60,371 nt of DNA, filler included, from 5 parts of 5 records of this genome joined end to end with filler, not necessarily neighbours in it, one strand, 5' to 3'; shown: positions 41,251 to 51,554, counted from the first letter of the whole stretch. Made by a program: numbers and translations. The notes: generated by a model from the sequence alone, not told the origin.

Positions 41251-41400
41251 AAAAAATAAGGCGCGGTGTACTGCCTTTGAAAGCAAAAACACCGCGCCTA
41301 TTCCGAGCGAAACCCCCAGGTGAGGCCCGGTATCAGTGTAACGAGCGGCTGCAACATAGTGCGCCAAATATCTGGTATCACCTCCCCAAGCTAACCAGTA
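41251..41400 (-). ncRNA. candidate structured sRNA ending in an intrinsic terminator (5' end uncertain)
   Basis: 11-bp stem 41259-41269/41289-41299 with U6 tail on minus strand; internal GGGGAGGUGAU able to pair with downstream UCACCU. Confidence 0.4.
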
Positions 41401-41609
41401 TAAGCCCGTTTCAACTGATGGAAAGCTATCGAACTGGATTCACTGCTTCGAGTCAAGTTTCGTTCACAAATTTTTAACAATCAAATTCACAGCAACCTAG
41501 GACTGTGACTTTTATGTTTCGAATTTATTTCAGTAGTACAAAATACTTCAACGAAAGTTGAAAAAAACGCATCAATATTTCTCACATTCAGCGCCTACTC
41601 AACCTACTA

Positions 41610-42461
41610 TTAACCAATGGGTTCGCCTTGATACTCTGAAACTCGGCAATATTGGTCCGCGCTCACACGTTTAATTCGGGTGCAAAGCGCGTCAGCTTCT
41701 TGTTCATTAATGAATGGCCCTGCAACTAGGCGCATAAATGTGCCGATACCTTCTTGGCTCTGTACATATAATAACGGCGTTAATCCTTGCAAATCGCCCG
41801 CATATGTTTGTGCCAAATTACTCCAACCGCTGTTAACTTGGTCTTTACTTCTAAACGACGCTAGGTGAACGCCAAAGAAAGCTTCTTCGCTACGTTTCAC
41901 ATTGCTAACCGGCGTCGCATCAGATGCGTTAGCACCCTCTTCAGGGTCAACAGCAGCGGCTTTCTCAGCACGGCCTGTCGGTGCTTTTGTATTCGCAGCA
42001 AATGCTGGCGCTCCATTGTCCGTCATTTCAACGGAAAACAATCGGTTTTCCAGTTTCTTCAATTGATCGCGAATAACAGAGACATCGTTCCGCACGCGGC
42101 CAACCGACGCTTCTAGTTTTGGGTCCTGTTTTATCGTGGATACTTTTTCATTAATTTCTGAAAGCACCATTTCCTGAGAACGAACGTGTTGAACAAGTTC
42201 AACATACAAACGCTCAAGCGCATTAAAACGATCTCGCAGTGCCCGATGATCTTCAGAAACGAACCCAACATCATTCTCTAGTGCTTGTTGCCTTGCTTCT
42301 ACAAGCACGTCTTCACCTTGCCAAAGGTTTTGACTGGCACAGGCTGGCAACAAAAACATTAGTGCTGCCGCCGCGCCTATCCGTGCATTTTTTGCCCCAA
42401 TATTTCTTGAGTACCCAAATGTATGTACCATTTTGCCGACCTCCAAATGTGGATAAACCAT
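41610..42461 (-). CDS. SPOR-domain lipoprotein with coiled coil
   Basis: Lipobox-like LLPAC; C-terminal GVHLASFRS...RLVAGPF...ALC; start uncertain. Confidence 0.8.
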   Translation of the reverse strand: MVYPHLEVGKMVHTFGYSRNIGAKNARIGAAAALMFLLPACASQNLWQGEDVLVEARQQALENDVGFVSEDHRALRDRFNALERLYVELVQHVRSQEMVLSEINEKVSTIKQDPKLEASVGRVRNDVSVIRDQLKKLENRLFSVEMTDNGAPAFAANTKAPTGRAEKAAAVDPEEGANASDATPVSNVKRSEEAFFGVHLASFRSKDQVNSGWSNLAQTYAGDLQGLTPLLYVQSQEGIGTFMRLVAGPFINEQEADALCTRIKRVSADQYCRVSEYQGEPIG

Positions 42462-42657
42462 TGTTTAAATTGATGTAAAAGCATCAACCACTTTCAGCAT
42501 CAAAGACTTGAAGGATAAATTGCAATTAGGGTGCCAAAACAGCCATAGCTAACCTTTGCTATCGCCCAAGCAACTAAGGACTAAATATTTAGAGGGGTAT
42601 ATGTGTGTTTTTGGAAAAAATAATGCCGACAGCTGATACGTCAAATAGCCAGCTTGG

Positions 42658-43404
42658 CTATGGCCGACGTTCATTTTTAGCAGCACTTCTACGCTTATAG
42701 GTCATTACGGTAACTGGCATACTGCATAGATAAAACACACCGATGCCAAACATGACTGTCCATGTGCGAACAAATAGCCCTGCTATCACTATACCAATGA
42801 CCAACATGACAGGCACAAAAGCTGATTTGGGAACCCGAAAAGCTTTTAAGGACATAGTAGGAATTGTTGAAACAATAAGTAGCGCAATCGCAACGCCGTA
42901 AGCCCCGGAAATAAGAGGGTAGTCTCTAATCAAATCGCTGCCAGAAGCAAAATCAAGCATCATAGGCATCAATAAAAGGCCCGCCCCCATTGGTGCTGGC
43001 ACACCCGTGAGATAGCCTAACATTTTACGAGGTTCTTCTTCGTCTTCCATTCTTGCATTGAAACGCGCCAACCTAAGCGCCATTGCAGTGGCATATATGA
43101 GCGCAACAGCCCAGCCCAACCGGTCTAAACTTTCAAGCGTCCATAAATATAAAACAACGGCAGGCGCAACACCGAAAGCAACAACATCTGACAAACTATC
43201 AAGCTCGGCGCCAAACTTACTTGTGCTTTTCAAAAGGCGTGCAACAGTACCGTCCAAACCGTCAAAAATACCAGCAAGTGCAATTGCAGCAACCGCAAGC
43301 TCCCACTTACCTGCCAAAGCAAACCGAATGGCTGTTACGCCCGCCATAAAAGCACACAGCGTAACCACATTAGGCAAGATTGTGCGGATTGAAATTGCTC
43401 GCAT
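42658..43404 (-). CDS. pssA: CDP-diacylglycerol--serine O-phosphatidyltransferase
   Basis: DGLDGTVAR...FGAELDSLSD, LRLARFN; adjacent to psd. Confidence 0.93.
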   Translation of the reverse strand: MRAISIRTILPNVVTLCAFMAGVTAIRFALAGKWELAVAAIALAGIFDGLDGTVARLLKSTSKFGAELDSLSDVVAFGVAPAVVLYLWTLESLDRLGWAVALIYATAMALRLARFNARMEDEEEPRKMLGYLTGVPAPMGAGLLLMPMMLDFASGSDLIRDYPLISGAYGVAIALLIVSTIPTMSLKAFRVPKSAFVPVMLVIGIVIAGLFVRTWTVMFGIGVFYLCSMPVTVMTYKRRSAAKNERRP

Positions 43405-43441
43405 GAATATGAACTTTCAGTCTGAAAACAATGAATGCGTT

Positions 43442-44104
43442 CTAGGCGCTACGGGCAATAATCGTTTCACCGCCAATCATTGTTTGACCAACATCAACGG
43501 TCGCCGTCAAGCCTTTGGGTAGGTAAATATCAGTACGACTTCCGAAACGTATAAGGCCAAAATGATCACCGCGAGCAACTTCATCGCCTTCTTTCAGATC
43601 ACAAAGAATGCGCCGCGCAACCAAACCGGCAACTTGGGCGAAAGCAATGTCATGGCCGTCTTCTGTCGTCATTCGAACCAGCTGACGCTCATTTTCTTCA
43701 CCTGCTGTATCATCGGCAGCACTTAGAAACTTCCCGTGCACATATGCCAAGTTAGTTATTTTACCGGCTGCAGGCACACGGTTTACATGCACATTGAAAA
43801 CAGAAAGAAAGATAGAAATTCTGACCATAGGCTCTTCACCCATGCCTAGTTCTGCGGGTGGTGTCATTTCAACAACTGCACTCACAGTGCCATCAGCTGG
43901 GCTCACCAGCACTCCGTCGGCTTTTGGTACAACCCTATTCGGGTCACGGAAAAAATAGATGCACCAAGCCGTTACCAGCAAACCAATCCAACCCAGGGTT
44001 GGGGCTACAAAATAAAATAACAGTAAAGACACCGCAAAGAATACTGCGATAAACCTATGCCCCTCTTTATGAATTGGGGTTAAAACAGCGTCCGACGCTT
44101 TCAT
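43442..44104 (-). CDS. psd: phosphatidylserine decarboxylase proenzyme
   Basis: FFRDP, SPADG, FNVHVNR, IRFGSRTD cleavage motif. Confidence 0.95.
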   Translation of the reverse strand: MKASDAVLTPIHKEGHRFIAVFFAVSLLLFYFVAPTLGWIGLLVTAWCIYFFRDPNRVVPKADGVLVSPADGTVSAVVEMTPPAELGMGEEPMVRISIFLSVFNVHVNRVPAAGKITNLAYVHGKFLSAADDTAGEENERQLVRMTTEDGHDIAFAQVAGLVARRILCDLKEGDEVARGDHFGLIRFGSRTDIYLPKGLTATVDVGQTMIGGETIIARSA

Positions 44105-44282
44105 GGATTAACTTTCTTTAATTGCCTACTGGTTAACAGTTATAATCAGAATTTCACAAGAGGCTTTCACCATATTGCACTATCTGTGTCTATAGCTGGC
44201 TTGCAAAACTTGGCACACACTGGCGATTTTCATCGATAACGTCAAGCAACCCGGCCAACAAGCACTGCAATACTATAGCGGC

Positions 44283-45293
44283 TTACTGTTTGATCGGCAA
44301 TTTGAAGACTTGTCCTGGGTATATTAAATCAGGGTCAGATATTTGTTCACTATTTTCACCAAAAATAAGGGTGTACCGCACGCCAGACCCATATAATTGA
44401 CGAGCAATTTGCCATAACGTATTACCAGGGCGAACAAAAACACCGCCTTCTGCAAGGCTTTGATCAATCGCTTCCCCTGTGACGAAGGGCTGTTCTACAC
44501 GCAATTGAACCTGGCCGTCTCCAACTGTCTGATCTACTCTAATCATGTGATCACCATCAGACAGTGGCTGATCAGCAAGTTTTATTGACCAACGACCAGT
44601 GTCATTTGCGCGCACGCTCTTGACAAATTGGCCGTCTAGATACAACCGAACTTCTACCCGCGGTAATGACCGACCCGTAACCACAGACCCATTCCCGGCA
44701 CCGTAATCTACAGTGTCTACACTTAAACTATCGCCTACCTCGGCAAAAGCAGCCACACCCGGTTTTTGCAAAACTGTACTAGGACCAGTCCCCTCTTTCG
44801 GCGTTAAGACCGCCACAACACCGTTTTGCTCACGTTCAATGAATCGGTCCGTATCGCGGGTGGGTACAGAAACCACAACAACATCCGTCGCTTCAGACTG
44901 CTGATTGGTTTTCCGATCCACGGCTTTCAAATTTAGTTCAACTGACCCAGCTTCCAAAGGTTCATCAAGAATAATTACCCATTCGCCGTCTTCATTTGCG
45001 ACAACCTGAGCAATTTTTTCACCGTTTGCATATAGTTCAACGTCAGCACCAGCTGCCATGCGCCCCGCTATAACACCTGTGCCGCCCCGCGATATTCTGA
45101 CAAGATCAAATGCAGGAACTGATGCATCGGCAACCGGCGCTTCTATAGCTGTATCTAAGGGCAGTTCATCAGCATTTTGCGAATCTTCATCACTACCAGA
45201 AAGAACATAAAACACGGCAACGCCCAAGCCGATGGCTACAGCGAAGAATGCAAAAAAATTATTTTTCCCAGAAGCGTTTGCCAACAGGGCCAT
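44283..45293 (-). CDS. membrane-anchored protein with Ig-like domains and C-terminal LysM
   Basis: N-terminal TM; VRPGNTLWQIAR...PDLIYPGQVF. Confidence 0.88.
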   Translation of the reverse strand: MALLANASGKNNFFAFFAVAIGLGVAVFYVLSGSDEDSQNADELPLDTAIEAPVADASVPAFDLVRISRGGTGVIAGRMAAGADVELYANGEKIAQVVANEDGEWVIILDEPLEAGSVELNLKAVDRKTNQQSEATDVVVVSVPTRDTDRFIEREQNGVVAVLTPKEGTGPSTVLQKPGVAAFAEVGDSLSVDTVDYGAGNGSVVTGRSLPRVEVRLYLDGQFVKSVRANDTGRWSIKLADQPLSDGDHMIRVDQTVGDGQVQLRVEQPFVTGEAIDQSLAEGGVFVRPGNTLWQIARQLYGSGVRYTLIFGENSEQISDPDLIYPGQVFKLPIKQ

Positions 45294-45453
45294 ATTGTAT
45301 CACTACTCACGAAGGGCGAGCGCTGTCATTTGCTCTATTACCCGATTAAATATTACTCATACCAATCCGGTCATTATTATTATAGATAATTTTATCATAA
45401 ACGTGTCAAAAGTTTGTTGAACCGCAAAAAAAAATGGTCGCGAGGTGTTTCTT

Positions 45454-46023
45454 ATGGCTGATCAAAATAAAATACAGTCTGTTTGTGTCTACTGCGGTTC
45501 TCGCTTTGGAAACAAAGACTTATATCAGGCACAGGCTAAAGAATTAGGACACCTTATTGCTGATGCAGGCTTTTCATTGGTTTACGGCGCAGGCAGTATT
45601 GGCCTGATGGGCGTTGTTGCGCGGGCTGCACGCGATAAGGGCGCAGACGTTATAGGTATTATTCCTGAGCATTTGGACGATGTTGAAATTACGCAGTCGG
45701 GGCTGGCTGAGTTACACATTACGGACAATATGCATCAACGCAAAAAAATGATGTTTGAGCGGTCCGATGCTTTCATTGTTTTGCCCGGCGGGCTGGGCAC
45801 GCTGGACGAGACTTTGGAAATGATGACCTGGGCGCAACTTAGTTTGCATAGCAAGCCTATTATTTTGGTAAATTCAAATGGGTATTGGTCGCCTTTGGTT
45901 GAACTTGTAAACCATGTAGTAGCCGACGGCTTTGCATCTGCGGAAAACGGTGAACTTTTGACGGTTGCCTCTTCCCCAAAAGAAGCAATTGCTATCTTGG
46001 ACACAATAAACCAACAATACTAA
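45454..46023 (+). CDS. LOG family (TIGR00730) nucleotide phosphoribohydrolase
   Basis: VCVYCGS, MHQRK, LPGGLGTLDE; SD GAGGTG. Confidence 0.93.
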   Translation: MADQNKIQSVCVYCGSRFGNKDLYQAQAKELGHLIADAGFSLVYGAGSIGLMGVVARAARDKGADVIGIIPEHLDDVEITQSGLAELHITDNMHQRKKMMFERSDAFIVLPGGLGTLDETLEMMTWAQLSLHSKPIILVNSNGYWSPLVELVNHVVADGFASAENGELLTVASSPKEAIAILDTINQQY

Positions 46024-46175
46024 AGTTTTTATTGTGAACCGATATAAAATACGGCGATTTTGTCCAGTTTGCACTTCAAACGCTGGCTGCAAGGTGCTAG
46101 TGTCCGGGCCAATATCAATAAATTATGAGCTAAAGATTCGGCAGAAATTAAACAATGTCGTTCAATCCAAAGAGT

Positions 46176-46275
46176 NNNNNNNNNNNNNNNNNNNNNNNNN
46201 NNNNNNNNNNNNNNNNNNNTTAATTAATTAANNNNNNNNNNNNNNNNNNNNNNNNNNNNNNNNNNNNNNNNNNNN
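46176..46275. other. artificial contig spacer
   Basis: 44 N + TTAATTAATTAA + 44 N. Confidence 0.99.
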
Positions 46276-46635
46276 GAGTTTTCCGGCGGTCAGCGCCAGC
46301 GCATCTCCATCGCACGGGCGCTCGCGACGCGGCCCAGGTTCCTGATCTGCGACGAGCCTACCTCGGCACTCGACGTGTCGATCCAGGCGCAGATCCTGAA
46401 CCTTTTGAAGGATCTTCAGGAAGAACTTGGGCTGACCATGCTGTTCATCAGCCACGATCTGGCCGTGATCCGGCAGATGTGCAACCGCATCGGCGTCATG
46501 CGCCATGGCGAGTTGTGCGAGGTGGCAGACTGCGACCAGCTCTTCGAAGCGCCGCAACACCCCTATACCCGCGAACTCCTGAACCTGATGCCGTCACTGG
46601 AGTTGCTGTCGCGGGCAAACCTCGCAACGGCCTGA
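46276..46635 (+). CDS. peptide ABC transporter ATP-binding protein, C-terminal fragment
   Basis: [31 protein letters not shown]; open from contig edge. Confidence 0.93.
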   Translation, partial: EFSGGQRQRISIARALATRPRFLICDEPTSALDVSIQAQILNLLKDLQEELGLTMLFISHDLAVIRQMCNRIGVMRHGELCEVADCDQLFEAPQHPYTRELLNLMPSLELLSRANLATA

Positions 46636-46900
46636 AGGAACCGGCGGCGTTGTCGCCGGCCTTCCCAAGTCTTTGAAGATGAGTCTTTTTTCGGATTCGG
46701 CCGAGTCGCTGACTTGACTCCAAGCCCCACCCCGATTCTCCGGTGACCGCAAAACGTTAGTCACAATCCAGTCCGAACCGGGCAGTTTTTGCCGCCCAGG
46801 GCGCCACTACGATCTGCACCCAAATAGATTCATTCTGATTTTTAGTCCGGACCCGATTGTTAACAGATGTTAACTATGTTTTTCCGGCGCGCCCAAACGT

Positions 46901-46926
46901 AAAAGGGAGAGCCTTTCGGCTCTCCC
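46901..46926 (-). terminator. orphan intrinsic terminator
   Basis: Minus strand GGGAGAGCC-GAAA-GGCTCTCCC-TTTT. Confidence 0.75.
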
Positions 46927-47253
46927 ATTAATATACCACACCCCGAAATAATCTTCGTCCAGAGGACTATTAAATACAGGCCCTCAATACTTGCAGGCCG
47001 TTTAAAAAATTACCCTTTTATACTACCCGCAATTCAGTTTCGCTCAAGTTCCACGCTGCACAAATGGTCAGCACCCATTCCGATGCACTGCGACTGGGAC
47101 AGGCAACATGCTTACCGAACTGACTCTGCTGCATTGCCTGTCTCCGGCCGCTCCCGCATTTTCAGACGGTCCCCAGGGCGTGCCGTTTGTATCTCCAGTT
47201 GGCCCACGACCCGGTTCCAGCAGAAGAATTCCAGATACGAGAGCCGACCGGCT

Positions 47254-48813
47254 ATGCCGAAAACATCATTGATTTCAGTTCTTTGGGCATTTTTTCTTGT
47301 CATTGCCGTAGTGTGCCTTGTTCTGGCTCTGGCAGCAGCAGGCGGAGAACCTTCTGACGCCGCGACGTCACTTTTGGTTTTCGGTTCCTACAGCGCCTTA
47401 ATTTTCAGCATGTTTTCCGCGATTTTTTCGCTTCTCGGCCTCTCTTTTTCGCTCAACACCTCTATCGGCCGACCCTTGACGCTTTTCACGGCGCTGGTCA
47501 GCACCGGATTGCTTGCCGTTTCGACCGGCCTCCACCTGTCCGGTCCGACATCGCCCCAGACCAATGCACCCGCCCTTGCCGCAGCTTTCCTGATGGTGCT
47601 GCGGGCGTTCGGTGTGGTTCTGCTGCCACCAAGGGGTGACCTCAGCGGAGTGCCACAAGCGGCATGGTCTGTCCTGTTGGCGCTGCTGGCTGCCGGTACC
47701 TGGTGGTGGGTCCTCGACAGGACCGAGGCCCCGGCCGCTCTTGCAGCCGCTCTGCTTCTTTCCTGGCCGCAACTGATCGACGGAATAAACGCATTCGCGG
47801 ACAAGGTCTTTCACAAGGCAGCACTGGCGGCAGGCGCCCGTGACATTGCCCCCGGCGCCTTCACCAAGGTCGCTCATGCCCGCGATATCCTCATCGACAA
47901 GGCTGCCGTGATGTCTGGACCCAACCTGATGGTCACCAATGTCATGGCCTTCAACAACGAGCCGAAAACGCTCCTGGCCGTTGCCGCCTCCGCTGAAGCC
48001 GGATCAACCCACCCAGTCGCCCGGGCCCTGCGCGAACTGGCCAGCCAGTGGCAAGTCGCCCTCAAGATGCCGGACCGGTTCGAACCGACACCTGGTCTGG
48101 GTGTTGTTGCGCTGCTCGGCGGACAGACCGTGGTGATCGGCACGACGGACCTCCTGAAGCGCCTCAAGATCGACAGTTTTACCGCCGACGCCATTGCCCG
48201 GTCGCTGGAAGCAGACGGCAAGACGGTGCTGCGTGTCGCTGTCGGGGGACGCGTCGTGGGTGTTTTAGGACTGGAAGGCACATTGCGTCAGGATGCCGGC
48301 GTTGCGGGGATGGCCCTGCGCAAAGAGGGCCTCGTGCCGTGGCTGTTCAGTGGTGACAGCCCCAACACACGCAGCGCGCTGGCTGGCATGCTTGGCCTAG
48401 AGCTGACCGATGATCCGAAGCCGGGAGAAACCGCGCCCGAGGCCGCCTCACGCTGCTTTCCGGACACGCCTCCCCTGGTCCTGACCCTGTCGCAGGACCG
48501 TATGGCGCTTGAACTGCGCGAAGGCGTCACGCCCGGAAAGGGCGGGGCCGATGCAAGGCATTCTCCCCTTGCTGTCAGCGACACCGACGACATTGGAGCC
48601 TTCCCTGCCCTGAAGGCGCTGGCCATGCGCCGCAATCTGCTGGCCGTCCACGCCCGCCGGCTGCTGTCAGGTCTCTGGCTTTTCGCCGGCCTGTGCGGTG
48701 CCTTGACCCTCCTTCCTCTGTCGGCCGCACCCGTTCTTTTCGCTATCTGTCTCGCCGTCCTTTGGACATTTGCCCGATTTTCCATTGCAGATACGCTGCA
48801 CCGGAATTCATGA
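47254..48813 (+). CDS. degenerate P1B-type ATPase-like membrane protein
   Basis: TM N-terminus; DKAAVMS in place of DKTGTLT; AEAGSTHPVA, PGLGV, LFSGD; start MPKTS probable. Confidence 0.7.
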   Translation: MPKTSLISVLWAFFLVIAVVCLVLALAAAGGEPSDAATSLLVFGSYSALIFSMFSAIFSLLGLSFSLNTSIGRPLTLFTALVSTGLLAVSTGLHLSGPTSPQTNAPALAAAFLMVLRAFGVVLLPPRGDLSGVPQAAWSVLLALLAAGTWWWVLDRTEAPAALAAALLLSWPQLIDGINAFADKVFHKAALAAGARDIAPGAFTKVAHARDILIDKAAVMSGPNLMVTNVMAFNNEPKTLLAVAASAEAGSTHPVARALRELASQWQVALKMPDRFEPTPGLGVVALLGGQTVVIGTTDLLKRLKIDSFTADAIARSLEADGKTVLRVAVGGRVVGVLGLEGTLRQDAGVAGMALRKEGLVPWLFSGDSPNTRSALAGMLGLELTDDPKPGETAPEAASRCFPDTPPLVLTLSQDRMALELREGVTPGKGGADARHSPLAVSDTDDIGAFPALKALAMRRNLLAVHARRLLSGLWLFAGLCGALTLLPLSAAPVLFAICLAVLWTFARFSIADTLHRNS

Positions 48814-48928
48814 CGGGCGCATTCTCAGATTGTGGAACCGAAATCGGGTTTCAGCGCCTTTACAGCCTCATGGAGCTGGTGTTTATCGGCTTTTGACACT
48901 TTGTGAGTGCATTGAGGGATGAGGCGAC

Positions 48929-50728
48929 ATGAGCGACACCAAAACACCGAAACTGCGGTCCGCCGCCTGGTTCGACAATCCCGACAATCCGGGCATGACC
49001 GCGCTCTATATCGAGCGTTACCTGAATTTCGGCATCACGCGTGAAGAGCTGCAGTCGGGCAAACCGATTATCGGCATCGCCCAGACCGGCTCTGACCTTT
49101 CACCCTGCAACCGCCACCATCTGGAGCTGGCCAAGCGTGTGCGCGAAGGTATTCGCGACGCCGGTGGTATTGCCTTCGAATTTCCGGTTCACCCGATCCA
49201 GGAGACCGGCAAGCGCCCGACCGCGACACTGGACCGGAACCTGGCCTATCTTGGTCTCGTCGAACTGCTGTATGGCTACCCCATCGACGGCGTGGTGCTG
49301 ACAATCGGCTGTGACAAGACCACACCTGCCTGCCTGATGGCCGCCGCAACAGTGAATATTCCAGCCATCGCGCTGTCCGTCGGTCCGATGCTGAACGGCT
49401 GGTACAAGGGCGAACGCACGGGCTCCGGCACCATCGTCTGGAAGGCCCGCCAGATGCTTGCCGCTGGCGAGATCGACTACAAGAGCTTCATGGACCTCGT
49501 CGCCTCCTCCGCGCCGTCTGTCGGCTTCTGCAACACCATGGGCACGGCAACGACCATGAACTCGCTGGCCGAAGCCCTGGGCATGCAGCTTCCGGGGGCG
49601 GCCGCCATTCCAGCGCCTTACCGTGAGCGCGGTGCAATTTCCTACGAGACCGGCAAACGCATTGTCGACATGGTGCGCGAGGATCTGAAACCCTCCGACA
49701 TCATGACCCGCGAAGCGTTCGAGAACGCCATTGTCGTCAACTCGGCCATCGGTGGTTCGACCAATGCACCGATCCATCTGAACGGCATTGCCCGCCATCT
49801 GGGTGTCGAGCTGGACAACGACGACTGGCAGGAGATCGGCCATGACGTGCCGCTGCTGGTCAATCTGCAGCCGGCCGGAGAATATCTCGGCGAGGATTAC
49901 TTCCACGCAGGCGGCGTGCCTGCCGTCGTCGCGGAGCTGATGCGAAACGGCAAACTGCCACATCCGGGCGCGCTGACCGTCAACGGCAAGGGCATCGGCG
50001 ACAATTGCGACGGTGTCGTCACAGACCTGCCGGACGTCATCAAGCCCTTCAACAATCCGATGAAAGACAAGGCCGGTTTCATCAACCTGAAGGGCAACCT
50101 GTTCGACAGCGCCATCATGAAGACCAGCGTCATCTCGGAAGAGTTCCGCGACCGCTATCTCTCCAATCCGGACGATCCGGAAGCGTTCGAGGGCCGTGCC
50201 GTTGTGTTCGAAGGGCCGGAGGATTACCACGACAACATCGACAATCCGGACCTTGAGATCGATGAGCACTGCATGTTGTTCATTCGCGGCACCGGCCCGA
50301 TCGGTTATCCGGGCGGTGCCGAGGTGGTCAACATGCAGCCACCCGCAGCCCTGATCAAACGCGGGATTACATCCCTGCCCTGCATCGGCGACGGCCGTCA
50401 GTCGGGCACATCCGGTTCGCCGTCGATCCTGAACGCATCTCCGGAAGCTGCTGCCATGGGTGGACTCGCGCTTTTGAAAAGCGGGGACCGTGTGCGCATC
50501 GATCTGAGGAAGGGCACTGCCAACATCCTGATTTCCGATGAGGAGCTTGCACAACGTCGCACGGACCTGGAAGCGGCGGGTGGCTTCAAGGTAGCGGAGA
50601 GCCAGACACCCTGGCAGGAGATCCAGCGCGGCATGATCGGGCAGTTCGACAAGGGCATGGTTCTGGAGCCGGCGGTTAAATACCAGGACGTCGCGCATAC
50701 CAAGGGGCTGCCACGGGACAATCATTGA
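48929..50728 (+). CDS. IlvD/Edd-family sugar-acid dehydratase (D-xylonate dehydratase-like)
   Basis: RSAAWFDNP...[38 protein letters not shown]-terminal RDNH. Confidence 0.92.
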   Translation: MSDTKTPKLRSAAWFDNPDNPGMTALYIERYLNFGITREELQSGKPIIGIAQTGSDLSPCNRHHLELAKRVREGIRDAGGIAFEFPVHPIQETGKRPTATLDRNLAYLGLVELLYGYPIDGVVLTIGCDKTTPACLMAAATVNIPAIALSVGPMLNGWYKGERTGSGTIVWKARQMLAAGEIDYKSFMDLVASSAPSVGFCNTMGTATTMNSLAEALGMQLPGAAAIPAPYRERGAISYETGKRIVDMVREDLKPSDIMTREAFENAIVVNSAIGGSTNAPIHLNGIARHLGVELDNDDWQEIGHDVPLLVNLQPAGEYLGEDYFHAGGVPAVVAELMRNGKLPHPGALTVNGKGIGDNCDGVVTDLPDVIKPFNNPMKDKAGFINLKGNLFDSAIMKTSVISEEFRDRYLSNPDDPEAFEGRAVVFEGPEDYHDNIDNPDLEIDEHCMLFIRGTGPIGYPGGAEVVNMQPPAALIKRGITSLPCIGDGRQSGTSGSPSILNASPEAAAMGGLALLKSGDRVRIDLRKGTANILISDEELAQRRTDLEAAGGFKVAESQTPWQEIQRGMIGQFDKGMVLEPAVKYQDVAHTKGLPRDNH

Positions 50729-50780
50729 ACTGACGATCCTGTCAGTTGGATTGCCTCTGGCACCGCGAAATGTTGAAATT

Positions 50781-50885
50781 CTCCGTCATTACCGGACTTG
50801 ATCCGGCAATCCATGCGATGATCACGGCGGCCGCGCTGCCGGTGAAGCGACAGGGCTCCCATGGTCAAGCCATGGGATGACGGAG
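50781..50885. repeat. CGTC-type palindromic (REP-like) element
   Basis: Terminal IR CTCCGTCAT/ATGACGGAG; arms CCGGA-CTTGA-TCCGG and CCCATGG-TCAAG-CCATGGG. Confidence 0.8.
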
Positions 50886-51011
50886 CATGTGGCGAAACGC
50901 TCCCGGCGGCGCATCTCTTTCGACACAGATTTCTACTTGACGATTACGTAAACGTCATGCTTCAAGAGGGCAAAGACGGGCTCCGGCCCAATTCAAACGG
51001 GAGAAAACGAC

Positions 51012-51293
51012 ATGTCCTTGGAACAGCTTACCGAAGGTGTCCGCGCAAAGGTTGCCGATGGCGGTATAGAAGAATCCGTCAAGTTCGATCTTGGGGAAAC
51101 GGGTATCATCTTCCTGCAAGGCTCCAGCGTTTCCAACGAAGATGACGAGGCAGACTGCACCATCAAGATGTCCGCCGAAGACCTCGGTGACCTTCTCTCG
51201 GGTGATCTGAACCCGACGGCTGCCTTCATGGGCGGCAAGATGCAGGTGGAAGGTGACATGAGCGTTGCCATGAAACTCGGCAGCATCGTCTAA
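51012..51293 (+). CDS. SCP2 sterol/lipid-binding domain protein
   Basis: ADCTIKM, LNPTAAFMGGKMQVEGDMSVAMKL; SD GGGAG. Confidence 0.92.
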   Translation: MSLEQLTEGVRAKVADGGIEESVKFDLGETGIIFLQGSSVSNEDDEADCTIKMSAEDLGDLLSGDLNPTAAFMGGKMQVEGDMSVAMKLGSIV

Positions 51294-51318
51294 GCAAGCC
51301 TTTACAGCAGACCTTTTC

Positions 51319-51348
51319 AAGCCGGTCCCAACAGGGCCGGCTTTTTTT
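51319..51348 (+). terminator. intrinsic terminator of SCP2 gene
   Basis: GCCGGTCCC-AACA-GGGCCGGC-T7. Confidence 0.85.
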
Positions 51349-51388
51349 GTTCCACGATCTCCACTCCCACCTCCCCCATTCCCATCAG

Positions 51389-51498
51389 CCTCATCCTGAG
51401 GAGCCCGGTACAGCCGGGCGTCTCGAAGGATGGGCCGCTTGTTTCGGAGTGTGCCGCCCATCCTTCGAGACAGGCCTTTGGCCTTCCTCAGGATGAGG
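51389..51498. repeat. second palindromic (REP-like) element
   Basis: CCTCATCCTGAGGA/TCCTCAGGATGAGG termini, inner GTCTCGAAGGATGGGC/GCCCATCCTTCGAGAC. Confidence 0.82.
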
Positions 51499-51554
51499 TG
51501 GCGGGGATGTGGCCCGGTGAAGGACGTGAAGGCTCCCTCCCGGGTCCGGCAAAC

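Noticed and set aside
41277-41477. 66-aa plus-strand ORF, or 6S RNA/riboswitch identity for this region
   Set aside because: ORF starts with TTG inside the terminator loop with no SD; I could not match 6S or known riboswitch consensus features by eye.
44108-44121. Possible CtrA site upstream of psd
   Set aside because: TTAA-N6-TTAA has the wrong spacing and lies in AT-rich sequence overlapping the RBS region.
49100-50725. 541-aa antisense ORF over the dehydratase (likewise 1280-2299, 9952-11037, 12045-13265, 14324-15364)
   Set aside because: Shadow ORFs opposite well-conserved genes in GC-rich DNA; no motifs or ribosome-binding sites.
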